A stretch of 64,000 bases of DNA from Vulcanimicrobiota bacterium (GTDB lineage: Bacteria; Vulcanimicrobiota; Vulcanimicrobiia; Vulcanimicrobiales; Vulcanimicrobiaceae): the NCBI GenBank assembly GCA_963714015.1, contig OY970223.1, forward strand, positions 19,094 to 83,093, in the 5' to 3' direction. Positions 1-9,528 of this stretch are shown here, piece after piece (position 1 is the first letter of the stretch; each line of letters begins with the position of its first letter). Both the position numbers and the translations under genes were made by a program. The notes beneath the pieces were generated by a model. It did no database searches and was not told the origin of the DNA. It was given only the letters and a program-made list of their open reading frames with translations.

Positions 1-92
1 ATTATGGCGATCAAACCGATGAGCGCCAGCAGAAAAATGATAAAAAAGAGCCACGCGGCGATGTGGACCAAATGCATGACGGCTTGTTCCAT
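1..92 (-). CDS. small hydrophobic membrane protein, 5' part only (gene runs off the window start)
   Basis: ATG at 92-90 on the minus strand with a GGAGGA-type RBS at about 96-103. Translation MEQAVMHLVHIAAWLFFIIFLLALIGLIAI is one TM helix. Absent from the ORF track because there is no stop in the window. Confidence 0.4.
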   Translation of the reverse strand, partial: MEQAVMHLVHIAAWLFFIIFLLALIGLIAI

Positions 93-104
93 AAGTTCCT
101 CCCC

Positions 105-1133
105 TTAAGGATCCAGCACGAGCAGCGTAAACGTTCCGGGAATGACGTGATAGCGATCGCGGTAGGACGAGGCATTCGGATTGATCTGCATCTTGGCCGT
201 CACCAAATAGACTTCTCCGCTATCGGGATTCAGCGCCATCGTGCGGGCGCCGGTTTCGGTTTGAGCCGTCTGCATCACGGCAAAGCTCTGCGGCGTCGTT
301 TCTTGCACCACCGTGAGCGTCGCATCCCGCCCGTTGGGCGCGTACGCCAGATTCAGCTTCGAAGAGAAACGCGTCGCGTCCGTTCCTTTACCGGTCGGCA
401 ACGTGGCCAGCACTTTGCCGCTGTCCGCGTCGACGACGCCCATTTGGCCCTCGCATGCGGTGAACAAGCGGCGATGGTCGCGATCCATCGACAGCCCCGA
501 GGGCGATTGACACGGCGCAAGCGGCCAGCGCGCCGTTATGGCACCGCTCTGCGCGTTTATCGCAACGATCTCACTCTTGTCCTCGAGATTGTCGTACACC
601 ATTCCCTTCCCATCGGCGACTGCAAATTCCGGGCGTCCGCCGAGGGGAATCTGCGCCACCACGGCATTGGTCCTCGCATCGATCGCCGTCGCGCTCGTGC
701 TTTCTCCGTTGAAGGTGAAGACGCGTTTGGTCGCCGGATCGTAGATGATGCAGTCAGGACCTTTGGCGTTTGTTTGAATGGTTGCAAGCGTCCGAAGCGT
801 CTTCAGATCGAAGACCGTTACCGTGCCGTCTCTACCGTTGGAAGTAAAGCCCTTGCCCAAGTCTTGCGCGAGAGCGATTCCATGCACGCCCGGCGTGTTG
901 GGAATATCACCGACGACGGCGCCGGTCGAGGGATCGACGACCATGACGTGCGTCGCGCGCGAAATGAAAAGCCGTTTTCCGGCCGGATCGTACGTGAGGT
1001 AGTCCCAGCCCCCGTCACCGCCCAAGACGAACCGGTGCACGAGATGATAATTCGGGGCAGGAGCAGCGTACGCAGGCGCGGCCGCTAACGCCAAAGCGGA
1101 GCCGGCCGCCGCAAAAAAAGCTGCTAATCGCAT
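105..1133 (-). CDS. secreted YVTN/YncE-like beta-propeller repeat protein
   Basis: ORF 105..1178. The likely start is MRLAAFFAAAGSALALAAAPAYA (signal peptide). Repeated blade-like units are present, e.g. PGVHGIALAQDLGKGFTSNGRDGTVTVFD. Confidence 0.7.
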   Translation of the reverse strand: MRLAAFFAAAGSALALAAAPAYAAPAPNYHLVHRFVLGGDGGWDYLTYDPAGKRLFISRATHVMVVDPSTGAVVGDIPNTPGVHGIALAQDLGKGFTSNGRDGTVTVFDLKTLRTLATIQTNAKGPDCIIYDPATKRVFTFNGESTSATAIDARTNAVVAQIPLGGRPEFAVADGKGMVYDNLEDKSEIVAINAQSGAITARWPLAPCQSPSGLSMDRDHRRLFTACEGQMGVVDADSGKVLATLPTGKGTDATRFSSKLNLAYAPNGRDATLTVVQETTPQSFAVMQTAQTETGARTMALNPDSGEVYLVTAKMQINPNASSYRDRYHVIPGTFTLLVLDP

Positions 1134-1183
1134 CGGGCTGCCTTCGTCGCACCGGCAGGTACTCCCACCGGACGACATTCGCG

Positions 1184-1259
1184 TGGAGCCGACGGCCGGA
1201 CTCGAACCGGCGACCTATTGTTTACGAAACAATTGCTCTACCAACTGAGCTACGTCGGC
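1184..1259 (-). tRNA. tRNA-Thr (anticodon CGT), CCA encoded
   Basis: The reverse complement folds as a 76-nt cloverleaf: acceptor GCCGACG/CGTCGGC, D stem GCTC/GAGC, anticodon stem ATTGT/ACAAT with loop TTCGTAA, T stem GCCGG/CCGGC with TTCGAGT loop, 3' TCCA. Confidence 0.9.
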
Positions 1260-1387
1260 GCGACGCGATGCTTGCGGCCACAAGTGCGCCGACGAGGGTT
1301 CCAGCCGCGTAGTCGTTCGCCTTCCGCACGGCGTAAAATCCTCGTTATGGCCCGAAGCCGCCCGCACCGCCACTCCTAAGGAATTAG

Positions 1388-1416
1388 TTGACAAGTCCGC
1401 ACGCATCGGCTATGCT
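1388..1416 (+). promoter_or_regulatory. sigma70-type promoter for the pentapeptide-repeat gene
   Basis: TTGACA (1388-1393), 17-nt spacer, TATGCT (1411-1416). A GGAGG RBS at 1436-1440 precedes the ATG at 1446. Confidence 0.55.
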
Positions 1417-1445
1417 CTCTTAAAGAATTAAGACTGGAGGCCGGT

Positions 1446-2153
1446 ATGAAGTTCCGCCCCTTGTTTGCCGTATTGGTGCTCGCGTTTGCCGTCCTGCCGG
1501 TTCCGGCTCCGGCGCAGTTCGAAGATCGCGATTCAACGTACACCCAGGACGAGATGGACTGCATTCGCACTGATTCGCGCAACGCGGACTGGCACGGCCG
1601 CAATCTGCAGAACGCTTCGCTCGAGCGCACCGATCTGCGCGGCGCCAATCTGCGGGGCGCCGATCTGCGCGATGCCGATCTGAACTGCGTCGATTTGCGT
1701 GGGGCCGATCTGCGTAATGCCGATCTGCGCGATACCCGCCTTGAAGGCGTGGACTTGGGCGGCGCCCAGCTCGCCGGCGCGCGGTTCGACGGAGCGGCTT
1801 CCAAAGGGCTGGGCCTCTCCGGAGACGCGCTCTCCGGCGTGAGCAACGACCAAGTCCGCGCGCTGTTGCGCGACTGCGTAGGCTGCGACCTCTCCGATGC
1901 GGATCTGCAGGGGCGCGATCTGAGCGATCTCCGCATCACCGGTGCGGATTTTTCACGCGCGAATTTGCGTAACGCCAATCTCTCGGGAACGCGATTTACC
2001 GGCGTAGACTTCGCCCACACTCAGATCGACGGCGCTCGTCTCGATTCGGCCGAGTTCGTCGGCTGCGACTTCGAAGGCGTCGATTTGCGCCACTTGGATT
2101 TGAGCCGCACGCGCATGACGGGAGCCGACTTGCGGGGCGCTATCCTGCCTTAG
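1446..2153 (+). CDS. secreted pentapeptide-repeat protein
   Basis: Signal peptide MKFRPLFAVLVLAFAVLPVPAPA followed by long runs of A(D/N)LxG/R pentads (ANLRGADLRDADLNCVDLRGADLRNADLRD). Confidence 0.85.
   Translation: MKFRPLFAVLVLAFAVLPVPAPAQFEDRDSTYTQDEMDCIRTDSRNADWHGRNLQNASLERTDLRGANLRGADLRDADLNCVDLRGADLRNADLRDTRLEGVDLGGAQLAGARFDGAASKGLGLSGDALSGVSNDQVRALLRDCVGCDLSDADLQGRDLSDLRITGADFSRANLRNANLSGTRFTGVDFAHTQIDGARLDSAEFVGCDFEGVDLRHLDLSRTRMTGADLRGAILP
1629..1733 (+). repeat. seven tandem 15-nt units inside the pentapeptide-repeat CDS
   Basis: Units accgatctgcgcggc / gccaatctgcggggc / gccgatctgcgcgat / gccgatctgaactgc / gtcgatttgcgtggg / gccgatctgcgtaat / gccgatctgcgcgat. This is coding periodicity, not a CRISPR array. 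Confidence 0.8.
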
Positions 2154-2157
2154 ACGA

Positions 2158-3627
2158 ATGACTCGCGCCATGCGGGTCTCCGGCGAACGCACGATCCCGG
2201 CATCTCTCACCGCCGGGATTCTTCTTATTACGGCGGCGATGAGCGCCCTCGCGCTTATTCGCTGGGGCGTTTGGAGCTTCGGAACGGACACCGGAACGTT
2301 CGCGCAAATCGGATTGAATGCGTTCCGGGGATTCACTGACGGACCGGAGGGCGGCACCCATTTCGCCTTTCACTGGTCGCCGATTCTGGTGCTGCTCTAT
2401 CCGTACGTGGCGCTCACGCACTCGCCGCTTGCGGCGCAGTTCGTGCAAATTGAAGCGATCGTACTGACGGCCGTTCCGCTTTTTGCGCTCGTCCGCAGTT
2501 ATGCGGGCGAAAAGTGGGGCGCTCGGTGCGCGCTGCTGGCGCTGCTTTATCCTCCGCTGCTTTCCGTCGCTTTTGAAGAATTTCACGAGCTGGCATTTTA
2601 TCCGGTGCTCGCGCTAGGACTCGTGTGGGCTGCGGATCGAGCGCGCTGGTATTGGTTCGCGGTATGCTCCATTCTTATCGTGATGGTGCGCGAAGACGTG
2701 TGCGTCGATCTCATCGTTATCGGAATCGTGCTGGGCGTTCTCGGAATGCGCGCGCCGAGGCGCTCTGCGCGCGGGCTGCTTGCCGGCGATCCCATCGAAC
2801 CCGAGCGGTTGACCGTCGCGGGATTTGGATTGGCGGCGCTTTCCGCTGGAGCTTTGGCAATGTACTTCGGCGTGGTGATTCCCCATGCCGGGCGCTGGGC
2901 GCCGCAGCACTTCTACGACTATCCTTTCGCGCATGGTCCGGGACAAACGGCGCTCGCAATCTTGACGCATCCAGGAGCCCTTGCGGCCGCAGTGCTGACG
3001 TTCGGGCGATTGACGTATTTGCTTGAAGCGTTCGTACCGCTGGCGATGCTGCCGCTTTTCTCACGCTGGACGCTGCTCGCGATCCCCGGGCTGCTCGGCG
3101 TTCTTCTCTCGAGCGATCCGATCGTGTGGCGCATGGGTTTTCACTACTCGCTGCTTTGGACGCCTTGGCTGCTTCTCGGCGCGGTTTGGGTATTGTGCCG
3201 GCTGACGTCGGACGACCGTGAACCGCAGGCGCGACGATGGTGGATCGCGGCGATTGCGCTGAGCGCACTCGTCCTCGTATTCTTCGATCCCATGCACCCG
3301 CTGCACTATCTGCACAATCCGGATGCACAGCAGCCGTCAAATGTCGTTTCGGCCATGAGCTGCGTGCCCAGGAGCGCGCCCCTCATGACCCACGACGAAT
3401 GGTTCGCGCACGTTGCAGCGGCATACCCGCACTCGACCAATCTCGACGAAAAAGCCTCGCAGTTCCGGGGATACGTCGTCTATACGCCCGACTGGCCGAA
3501 CGAGCATGTGCGAAGTGCGGTGCTGCCGGCACTGGAGCATGCACAAAAAGCGGGGAGGTTTGCCTTGATCTGCACGGCCGGGAAGATCCGCGTGCTGCGG
3601 TCTACTTCGTACCGTACATCGAAATGA
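2158..3627 (+). CDS. polytopic membrane protein, DUF2079-like (paralog of 31413..32870)
   Basis: 489 aa with many TM segments. Shares blocks with the second copy (FHWSPILVLLYP / VHWSPIIGVAYP; EEFHELAFYPVL / TDFHENAFVPAL; MVREDV / LVKEDQ). Confidence 0.65.
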   Translation: MTRAMRVSGERTIPASLTAGILLITAAMSALALIRWGVWSFGTDTGTFAQIGLNAFRGFTDGPEGGTHFAFHWSPILVLLYPYVALTHSPLAAQFVQIEAIVLTAVPLFALVRSYAGEKWGARCALLALLYPPLLSVAFEEFHELAFYPVLALGLVWAADRARWYWFAVCSILIVMVREDVCVDLIVIGIVLGVLGMRAPRRSARGLLAGDPIEPERLTVAGFGLAALSAGALAMYFGVVIPHAGRWAPQHFYDYPFAHGPGQTALAILTHPGALAAAVLTFGRLTYLLEAFVPLAMLPLFSRWTLLAIPGLLGVLLSSDPIVWRMGFHYSLLWTPWLLLGAVWVLCRLTSDDREPQARRWWIAAIALSALVLVFFDPMHPLHYLHNPDAQQPSNVVSAMSCVPRSAPLMTHDEWFAHVAAAYPHSTNLDEKASQFRGYVVYTPDWPNEHVRSAVLPALEHAQKAGRFALICTAGKIRVLRSTSYRTSK

Positions 3628-5464
3628 CGCGCGCTGTTGGGCGTACGGGCTTCGAGTCTTGGATCAGTTGAATGAGATCGTCCCGGCGCATGGCATGATG
3701 GAAATAATAGCCTTGCGCGTGATCGCACTTGAGCGAACGCACGAATTCCCACTGCGCCTCGTACTCGATGCCTTCGGCGATGACGCGCAGACCCAGCGTT
3801 TGGGCAAGCGTTAGTATGGCTTTCACGATGCCCTGATCGTATGGATCGCGCGTGACGTCGTCGATAAAGCCCTTGTCGATCTTGATCGCGTTTACCGGAA
3901 GCTTCTTGATGTAGCCGAGCGAGCTGTAACCGGTTCCGAAGTCGTCGACCACGATCTTCACTCCGCTTGCGTGCACGCGGGAAAGCGTCGCCAGCGAGAG
4001 ATCGTTGAGCATGACGTTCTCCGTAACTTCCAAATCGACGGCCGAAGGCGGCAGGCTGTACTCTGCGAGCACGGCCTCCAGAACGGCCGGAAAATCTTGC
4101 TCGTAGAAGTCGCGCGGCGACAGGTTGATCGCGATTCGGAAGTCCGGCGCCAGGCTCGAGCGAATAGCTGCGGCAGTCGAACACGATTGCGCGAGCACCC
4201 ATCGGCTTATGTCGACGATAATGCCGGTCTCTTCGGCAATCGGGACGAACGCGCCGGGCATCAACTCTCCCAGCAGCGGATGGCGCCAGCGCAGCAGCCC
4301 TTCGGCGCCCACGACGCGCCGCGTCTCCACCTCGACGATCGGCTGATACAGCAGCGTCAACTCGTTGCGGGCCAGGGCCTGGCGCAGATCCTGTTCCAAT
4401 CCCATACGTTCGAGCACGTGCGCGTGCATGGTGCCGTCGTAAAACTTGGCATTGTTGCGGCCGGATTCTTTTGCGCGGTACATTGCCGAGTCGGCAAAGG
4501 CGATGAGTTCGTCGGCCGTTTCGGCGTTCTGCGGAAAGATGCTCGTGCCGACGCTGGCCGTTACGAACAGCTCGCGGCCATGAATGTCGAACGGCTCGGA
4601 GAACGCGCTCAAGACGTCCATTGCGACGGAAGCAACCGTGCGTTTGTGTTTGATAGCCTGAACGACGACCACGAATTCATCGCCGCCGGGCCTAAAGATC
4701 GTGGCATGAGCGGTTAGGCGCTGCTTGAGCCGCGAGGCGACTTGTTTGAGCAGTTCGTCGCCCATGTGGTGCCCGAGCGTATCGTTGATCGTCTTGAATC
4801 GATCGACGTCGACGAACAGCACCGCGACGCCGTCTTCATTTTCGACCGCCTCTTCCAGCATTTTCGGGAGCCGCTCGTTGAGCGCCAGCCGGTTCGGCAG
4901 TTCGGTAAGCGCATCTTGCCGCGCGAGCCGCGCGAAGCGTTCGGCGTTCTCGCGCATGTCCGTGATGTCCAGCATGACCGCAACGGCCCCGACGACGTCG
5001 CCGCAGTCGTCGCGCAACGGTTCCACGTCGTTCTGCATCCAGCGCCCGTCATGGAGAGACTCATAGCGAACGGTCTCTCCTTCGATCGCGCGGCGCAGAG
5101 CGTCGAGGGACTGAAGGCGCTGCTCGTCGTCGACGATGAACGCATCGACGGGCTTGCCGATGAGTTGCTCCGGATGCCGCTCGCTCAGCTTCCCGCCGGA
5201 AACCGAAGTCAGCAGAAGATCACGGTCGACGGTCCAGAGGACCGCAGGGACTTGCGTGAGCAGCAAGCGCAACCGATTTTCGCTCTCGCGTGAGAGCATG
5301 TCGGCCCGGTGGTAATTGTCGAGCAGCTTGCGCATGTCGCGGCGGTTCCGGAGATGTGAAAAATGAACGCTGATTAAAACAGCGAACGCGAGCGCCACGG
5401 CGACATAAGCCGCCATCACCCCTATGGCCATCACTGTTAACGTTCGGAAAAAAGCAAGCGTCAC
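3602..5464 (-). CDS. membrane-anchored PAS-GGDEF-EAL protein (diguanylate cyclase/phosphodiesterase)
   Basis: N-terminal TM helix, PAS-like region, RPGGDEFVVVV motif, and an EAL domain (EVTENVML, DDFGTGYSSLGYIKKLPVNAIKIDKGFI). Confidence 0.9.
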   Translation of the reverse strand: MTLAFFRTLTVMAIGVMAAYVAVALAFAVLISVHFSHLRNRRDMRKLLDNYHRADMLSRESENRLRLLLTQVPAVLWTVDRDLLLTSVSGGKLSERHPEQLIGKPVDAFIVDDEQRLQSLDALRRAIEGETVRYESLHDGRWMQNDVEPLRDDCGDVVGAVAVMLDITDMRENAERFARLARQDALTELPNRLALNERLPKMLEEAVENEDGVAVLFVDVDRFKTINDTLGHHMGDELLKQVASRLKQRLTAHATIFRPGGDEFVVVVQAIKHKRTVASVAMDVLSAFSEPFDIHGRELFVTASVGTSIFPQNAETADELIAFADSAMYRAKESGRNNAKFYDGTMHAHVLERMGLEQDLRQALARNELTLLYQPIVEVETRRVVGAEGLLRWRHPLLGELMPGAFVPIAEETGIIVDISRWVLAQSCSTAAAIRSSLAPDFRIAINLSPRDFYEQDFPAVLEAVLAEYSLPPSAVDLEVTENVMLNDLSLATLSRVHASGVKIVVDDFGTGYSSLGYIKKLPVNAIKIDKGFIDDVTRDPYDQGIVKAILTLAQTLGLRVIAEGIEYEAQWEFVRSLKCDHAQGYYFHHAMRRDDLIQLIQDSKPVRPTARVISMYGTK

Positions 5465-5509
5465 GCAACGCAGCCCGCGTAAACGCCGAGTTAAGCTCGC
5501 GTAAGGCTT

Positions 5510-5755
5510 TTAACCGTCGTGAAAAGTGCGGCGCTTTCCGGAGTCGTCTAAGGTGAGATCTTCCAGAAAATAGTAGACGATCTTACGATCGTCGAAGCCC
5601 ACCTTTGCCAGCTCGCGGCCGCCGACGTTCATCACTTCGTGGATGCGCCCGGTGCGGCCGGCGTACTCGAAGTTGATCGGCGCGTAGTTGGGGTCGCCTT
5701 CCTTCGGGTGCGGAGTAGCCTTTACGCCTCGCAGCGGGGTGTTGTGGCGATGCAT
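5510..5755 (-). CDS. small conserved-looking hypothetical protein (81 aa)
   Basis: Only the 3' part of the 262-aa ORF 5510..6298 looks protein-like (MHRHNTPLRGVKATPHPKEGDPNYAPINFEYAGRTGRIHEV...). The rest is antisense to the gamma-CA gene. No family recognised. Confidence 0.35.
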   Translation of the reverse strand: MHRHNTPLRGVKATPHPKEGDPNYAPINFEYAGRTGRIHEVMNVGGRELAKVGFDDRKIVYYFLEDLTLDDSGKRRTFHDG

Positions 5756-5782
5756 CCGAAACGGCTTCGGCGGAGGCTCTGC

Positions 5783-6334
5783 ATGATCATTGAATACCGC
5801 GGCCGCGTGCCTAAGGTCGATCCTACTGCGTTCGTGGCGCCGACCGCCGTCCTGATAGGCGACGTCGAAGTGGGGGCCGAGTCCAGCATCTGGTTCGGCG
5901 CGGTTTTGCGCGGCGACAACGGCCCGATTCGGGTCGGAGATCGAACCTCCATACAAGACAACTGCGTCGTCCACGTCAGCGAGCACGGCGAAACGATCGT
6001 CGGCGACGACGTCACGGTAGGGCACTGCGCCGTCATGGAAGACTGCCGGATCGAGCGCAAAGCGCTGATCGGCAGCAACGCCGTCGTCCTGGGCGGCGCG
6101 GTCGTGGGCGAAGGTTCGCTGATCGCAGCGGGGAGCGTCGTGGGCGAGCGAGCGCAGATTCCCCCCGGAGTCCTCGCAGCCGGTTCGCCTGCAAAAGTCA
6201 AAAAACACATTGAAGGCGAGGCGGCCACCTGGATCGACGTCAGTGCGGCGGAGTACGTCAAACTTTCGCGCGCCTATATAGAGCAAGGCGCAACACACGG
6301 CTTTTCCGGCAATCTACATAGGTCAGGCTCCTAA
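5783..6334 (+). CDS. gamma-carbonic-anhydrase-like hexapeptide-repeat protein (YrdA/PaaY type)
   Basis: Start at MIIEYRGRVPKVDPTAFVAPTAVLIGDVEVG. Left-handed beta-helix hexapeptide repeats run throughout. Confidence 0.85.
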   Translation: MIIEYRGRVPKVDPTAFVAPTAVLIGDVEVGAESSIWFGAVLRGDNGPIRVGDRTSIQDNCVVHVSEHGETIVGDDVTVGHCAVMEDCRIERKALIGSNAVVLGGAVVGEGSLIAAGSVVGERAQIPPGVLAAGSPAKVKKHIEGEAATWIDVSAAEYVKLSRAYIEQGATHGFSGNLHRSGS

Positions 6335-6352
6335 TTTAAAGAAGATTCCCAC

Positions 6353-8145
6353 GTGAGCACCGTCAACGATCTAACGATCCGCGCTGCAACGGTCAACGGC
6401 TCGGGCAGTCAATCGGCGAATCTGGTTTTGACCAATGCTATCTTTCGCATGGGCATCCCGGTTGCGCCCAAGAACGTCTTTCCGTCGAACATCGAAGGGC
6501 TTCCCACGTGGTTCGACGTTCGGGTTACCCCCCAAGGTTACCAGTGCCGCAGTCGCGACGTCGACGTTCTGGTCGCACTCAATCTCGCGACGTGGCATAC
6601 GGACGTTGCGGACGTAAAGAGCGGCGGGCTCGTCATTCACGAGTCGTCATATGCGGTTACCGGCTCCGTCCAGCGCGAAGACCTGACGTATTTTTCAGTG
6701 CCGTTCGCAAAATTGGCCAAGGAGCACGTCGCCGACGGCACTCTGCGCAAGTATTTGACGAACATGATCTACGTCGGCGTTCTGGCATATCTGCTTGGAA
6801 TCGATCTTTCTTACATAGAGACCGCGCTGCGCGTACAATTCAAGACCAAGCCCAAGGCCGTCGACACCAACTTGGACGCTGCGCGGCTGGGTTTCGAGTA
6901 CGCGCGCGAGCATCTTACGAAAAGCGACGCATACCGTCTGGAACCAATGACCGGCAAAACCGAACATTCCATTTTGATGGACGGCAACAACGCCGCTGCA
7001 TTGGGCTGCGTTATGGGCGGATGCACGGTCGCCGCGTGGTATCCGATCACGCCGTCGTCCTCGCTCTGCGAAGCGTTCATTCAATATTGCAATCGTTACC
7101 GGACCGATGCGCAAACCGGTGAACGCAAGGCCGCGATCGTTCAGGCCGAGGATGAATTGGCGGCAATCGGCATGGTGTTCGGCGCAACGTGGGCGGGCGC
7201 GCGCGCGATGACCTCAACGTCGGGACCAGGCCTCTCGCTTATGGCGGAGTTTGCCGGCCTGGGGTATTATGCCGAACTTCCCGGCGTTATTTTTGACGTT
7301 CAGCGTGCCGGACCGTCGACGGGGTTGCCGACGCGAACGCTTCAAGGTGATGTCGCCTTCGCCTATACGCTCTCCCACGGCGACACGAAACACATCGTGC
7401 TGCTCCCCGCGAACGTCCTCGAAGCGTACGAATTTTCGATGCAGGCGTTCGATTTGGCGGATCGGTTTCAGACGCCGATCTTCGTGCTGAGCGACCTCGA
7501 TCTCGGCATGAACCTCTGGATGACGCCGCCTCTCTCTTACCCGGAGCGGCCCTTCGACCGCGGCAAAGTTCTGGACGCCGAGGCCTTAGCGAAAGTCGAG
7601 GGCTGGGGCCGGTACCGCGACGTCGACGGCGACGGTATTCCGTACCGCACATTGCCGGGAACCGAGCATCCTTCGGCCGGATTTTTCACGCGCGGATCGG
7701 GACACGACGACGAGGCCAAGTACTCCGAGAATCCGGCGGTCTTCCGGAACAATCTGGATCGGCTTTCGCGCAAGCACGATACCGCTAGGAGCGCCGTCCC
7801 GCAGCCGCTGATCGAATCCGCCGGCTCTTCGATGGCGATCTTGGCGTACGGCACAACCCATCACGCCGTCGTGGAGGCGCGCGACCGCTTGAGGGAGCAA
7901 GGGATCCAAACGGACTATCTGCGCGTGCGCGCGCTGCCGCTCTCGTCACAGGTGTTGGACTTCATCGAGCAGCACGAGCGCGTATACGTCGTCGAGCAGA
8001 ACCGCGATGGACAGACTGTACGGCTTGCTGCGCGCAGAGTCTGCCGCCGCACTTGATCGATCGTCTCTATTCCATTCGTCATTACAACGGCGTCCCGATC
8101 GACGCGTCGGTCGTCCTCGACGAACTTCAAGGAGTCCTGGTATGA
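6353..8145 (+). CDS. korA: 2-oxoacid:ferredoxin oxidoreductase subunit alpha (gamma-alpha fusion), 3' end interrupted by two 1-nt insertions
   Basis: MSTVNDLTIRAATVNGSGSQSANLVL... is typical KorA. The ORF as written stops at 8056. Removing a8015 and t8040 gives ...EQNRDGQLYGLLRAELPPHLIDRLYSIRHYNGVPIDASVVLDELQGVLV* ending at 8145 in an ATGA overlap with korB. Confidence 0.85.
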
Positions 8146-9178
8146 GCACGGAGACAACGCCCCTCAACGTCAACCGCATCGGTCTCTCTCGGGACGTCTA
8201 TAAGGGGTTGGCCAGCACGCTGTGCGCCGGCTGCGGCCACAATTCGATTACGAACAATCTGATCAAGGCGCTCTACGATTACGGCGTCGACCCGTACAAG
8301 CTTGCGAAGATGAGCGGCATCGGCTGCTCTTCGAAGACGCCCGCATACTTCGTCGAACGGGCGCACGGGTTCAACGGTGTTCACGGACGGATGCCCTCGC
8401 TGGCAACCGGCGCAAAACTAGCGAACCGCGAACTGATGATGCTGGGAATCAGCGGTGACGGGGACACGGCGAGCATCGGGCTTGGCCAGTACTGTCACAT
8501 GATCCGGCGCAACGTCGACTGCACCTACATCATCGAGGACAACGGCTGCTACGGACTAACGAAAGGACAATTCTCCGCAACGGCAGACCGCGGCTCGGTA
8601 CTCAAAAAGGGGCAGGTCAATGAATTCGAAACGATCGACGTCTGCGGACTCGCTTTGGAGTCGGGGCCACATTCGTTGCGCGCTCCTTCTCCGGCGACGG
8701 CAAACAGCTGATTCCATTGCTGCAGGCCGCATTTTCGCACCGCGGAATCGCCGTTCTGGACGTGATCAGCCCGTGCGTGACGTTCAACGACCACGAAGGG
8801 TCGACCAAGAGCTACAACTACATCAAAGAGCATCACGCGATGCTCCACACGCCGGACTTCATCGCGAACGCAAAAGAGATCACGGTCGACTACGAGCCCG
8901 GGACCGTTCAGGAAATTACGTTCGAGGACGGCAACCGGGTGCTGCTGCGCAAGCTCGACGTCGACTACGACGCGACGGATCGATCGGTTGCGATGCGCGT
9001 GATGCACGAGGCGCGATCTCGCGGGGAACTCGTGACAGGACTACTATTCGTGGACACCTCCGCGCGCGATCTGTGTTCGCGCGAGGGCCTCTCCAGCGTA
9101 CCGCTCGCGCAGTTGCGCGAGGACGACCTGCGTCCGTCGCGCGATCAATGGGACACGCTCATGGAAAGCTTCAAATAA
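8142..9178 (+). CDS. korB: 2-oxoacid:ferredoxin oxidoreductase subunit beta (TPP-binding), split by a 1-nt frameshift near 8660-8666
   Basis: Starts MSTETTPLNV with a CAGCGH motif. ORF 8007..8711 ends in ...IDVCGLALESGPHSLRAP*, while the next frame reads ATFVARSFSGDGKQLIPLLQAAFSHRGIAVLDVISPCVTFNDHEGSTKSY (ORF 8717..9178). Confidence 0.85.
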
Positions 9179-9186
9179 CCGTAAAG

Positions 9187-9528
9187 TTACTTACTGTAGA
9201 TTTTTATTTCGTACTGATCCGGATCCAGTAGAAAGACCTGATAGGCGCCGTCATGCGTCGCGGGACCGGCAATGATTCGCACGCCCTTTTCGCGCAGCTT
9301 ACGCGTCCATTCGTCGACGTCCGCCGGCCGATCAACTTGGAATCCGAAATGAAACTTGCCGCGAGCCGAGGGGGGGTTTTCGGTAAGTTCGAGCAGCAAA
9401 TCCGGCCACCGCACGCAGACGCATTGATCGACCCGCTCGACTTGCAGGCCCAATGCATCGGCATAGAACCGCTCGGACTCGGCAAGATCGCTTACGCCAA
9501 GGTTGAGATATGAAATCTTCAACGTCAT
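9187..9528 (-). CDS. VOC/glyoxalase family protein
   Basis: 113 aa, [30 protein letters not shown]... Overlaps the dnaB stop by 4 nt. Confidence 0.75.
   Translation of the reverse strand: MTLKISYLNLGVSDLAESERFYADALGLQVERVDQCVCVRWPDLLLELTENPPSARGKFHFGFQVDRPADVDEWTRKLREKGVRIIAGPATHDGAYQVFLLDPDQYEIKIYSK

Noticed and set aside
63-1088. Long ORFs antisense to or overlapping real genes (63..1088, 1376..2020, 2717..3340, 16033..17370, 19505..20599, 29493..30431, 34879..35898, 37685..38641, 53787..54968, 63263..63544 and many others in the track).
   Set aside because: They are typical stop-poor antisense frames of GC-rich DNA. Their translations are Arg/Ala/Pro-rich and lack motifs, while the opposite-strand or other-frame product has clear family signatures.
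1184-1259. tRNA-Thr as a possible integration site of a genomic island.
   Set aside because: There is no integrase, no duplicated tRNA 3' end and no phage or transposon genes nearby. The flanking genes look like ordinary chromosomal content.
1629-1733. Regular 15-nt periodic DNA repeats that could look like a short repeat array or CRISPR.
   Set aside because: The repeats are contiguous with no spacers, in frame, and encode the pentapeptide-repeat protein. No cas genes are present.
5510-6298. A 262-aa minus-strand ORF spanning the gamma-carbonic-anhydrase gene.
   Set aside because: Only the last 81 codons (5510..5755) look protein-like. The upstream part is antisense to the well-supported hexapeptide-repeat CDS at 5783..6334.
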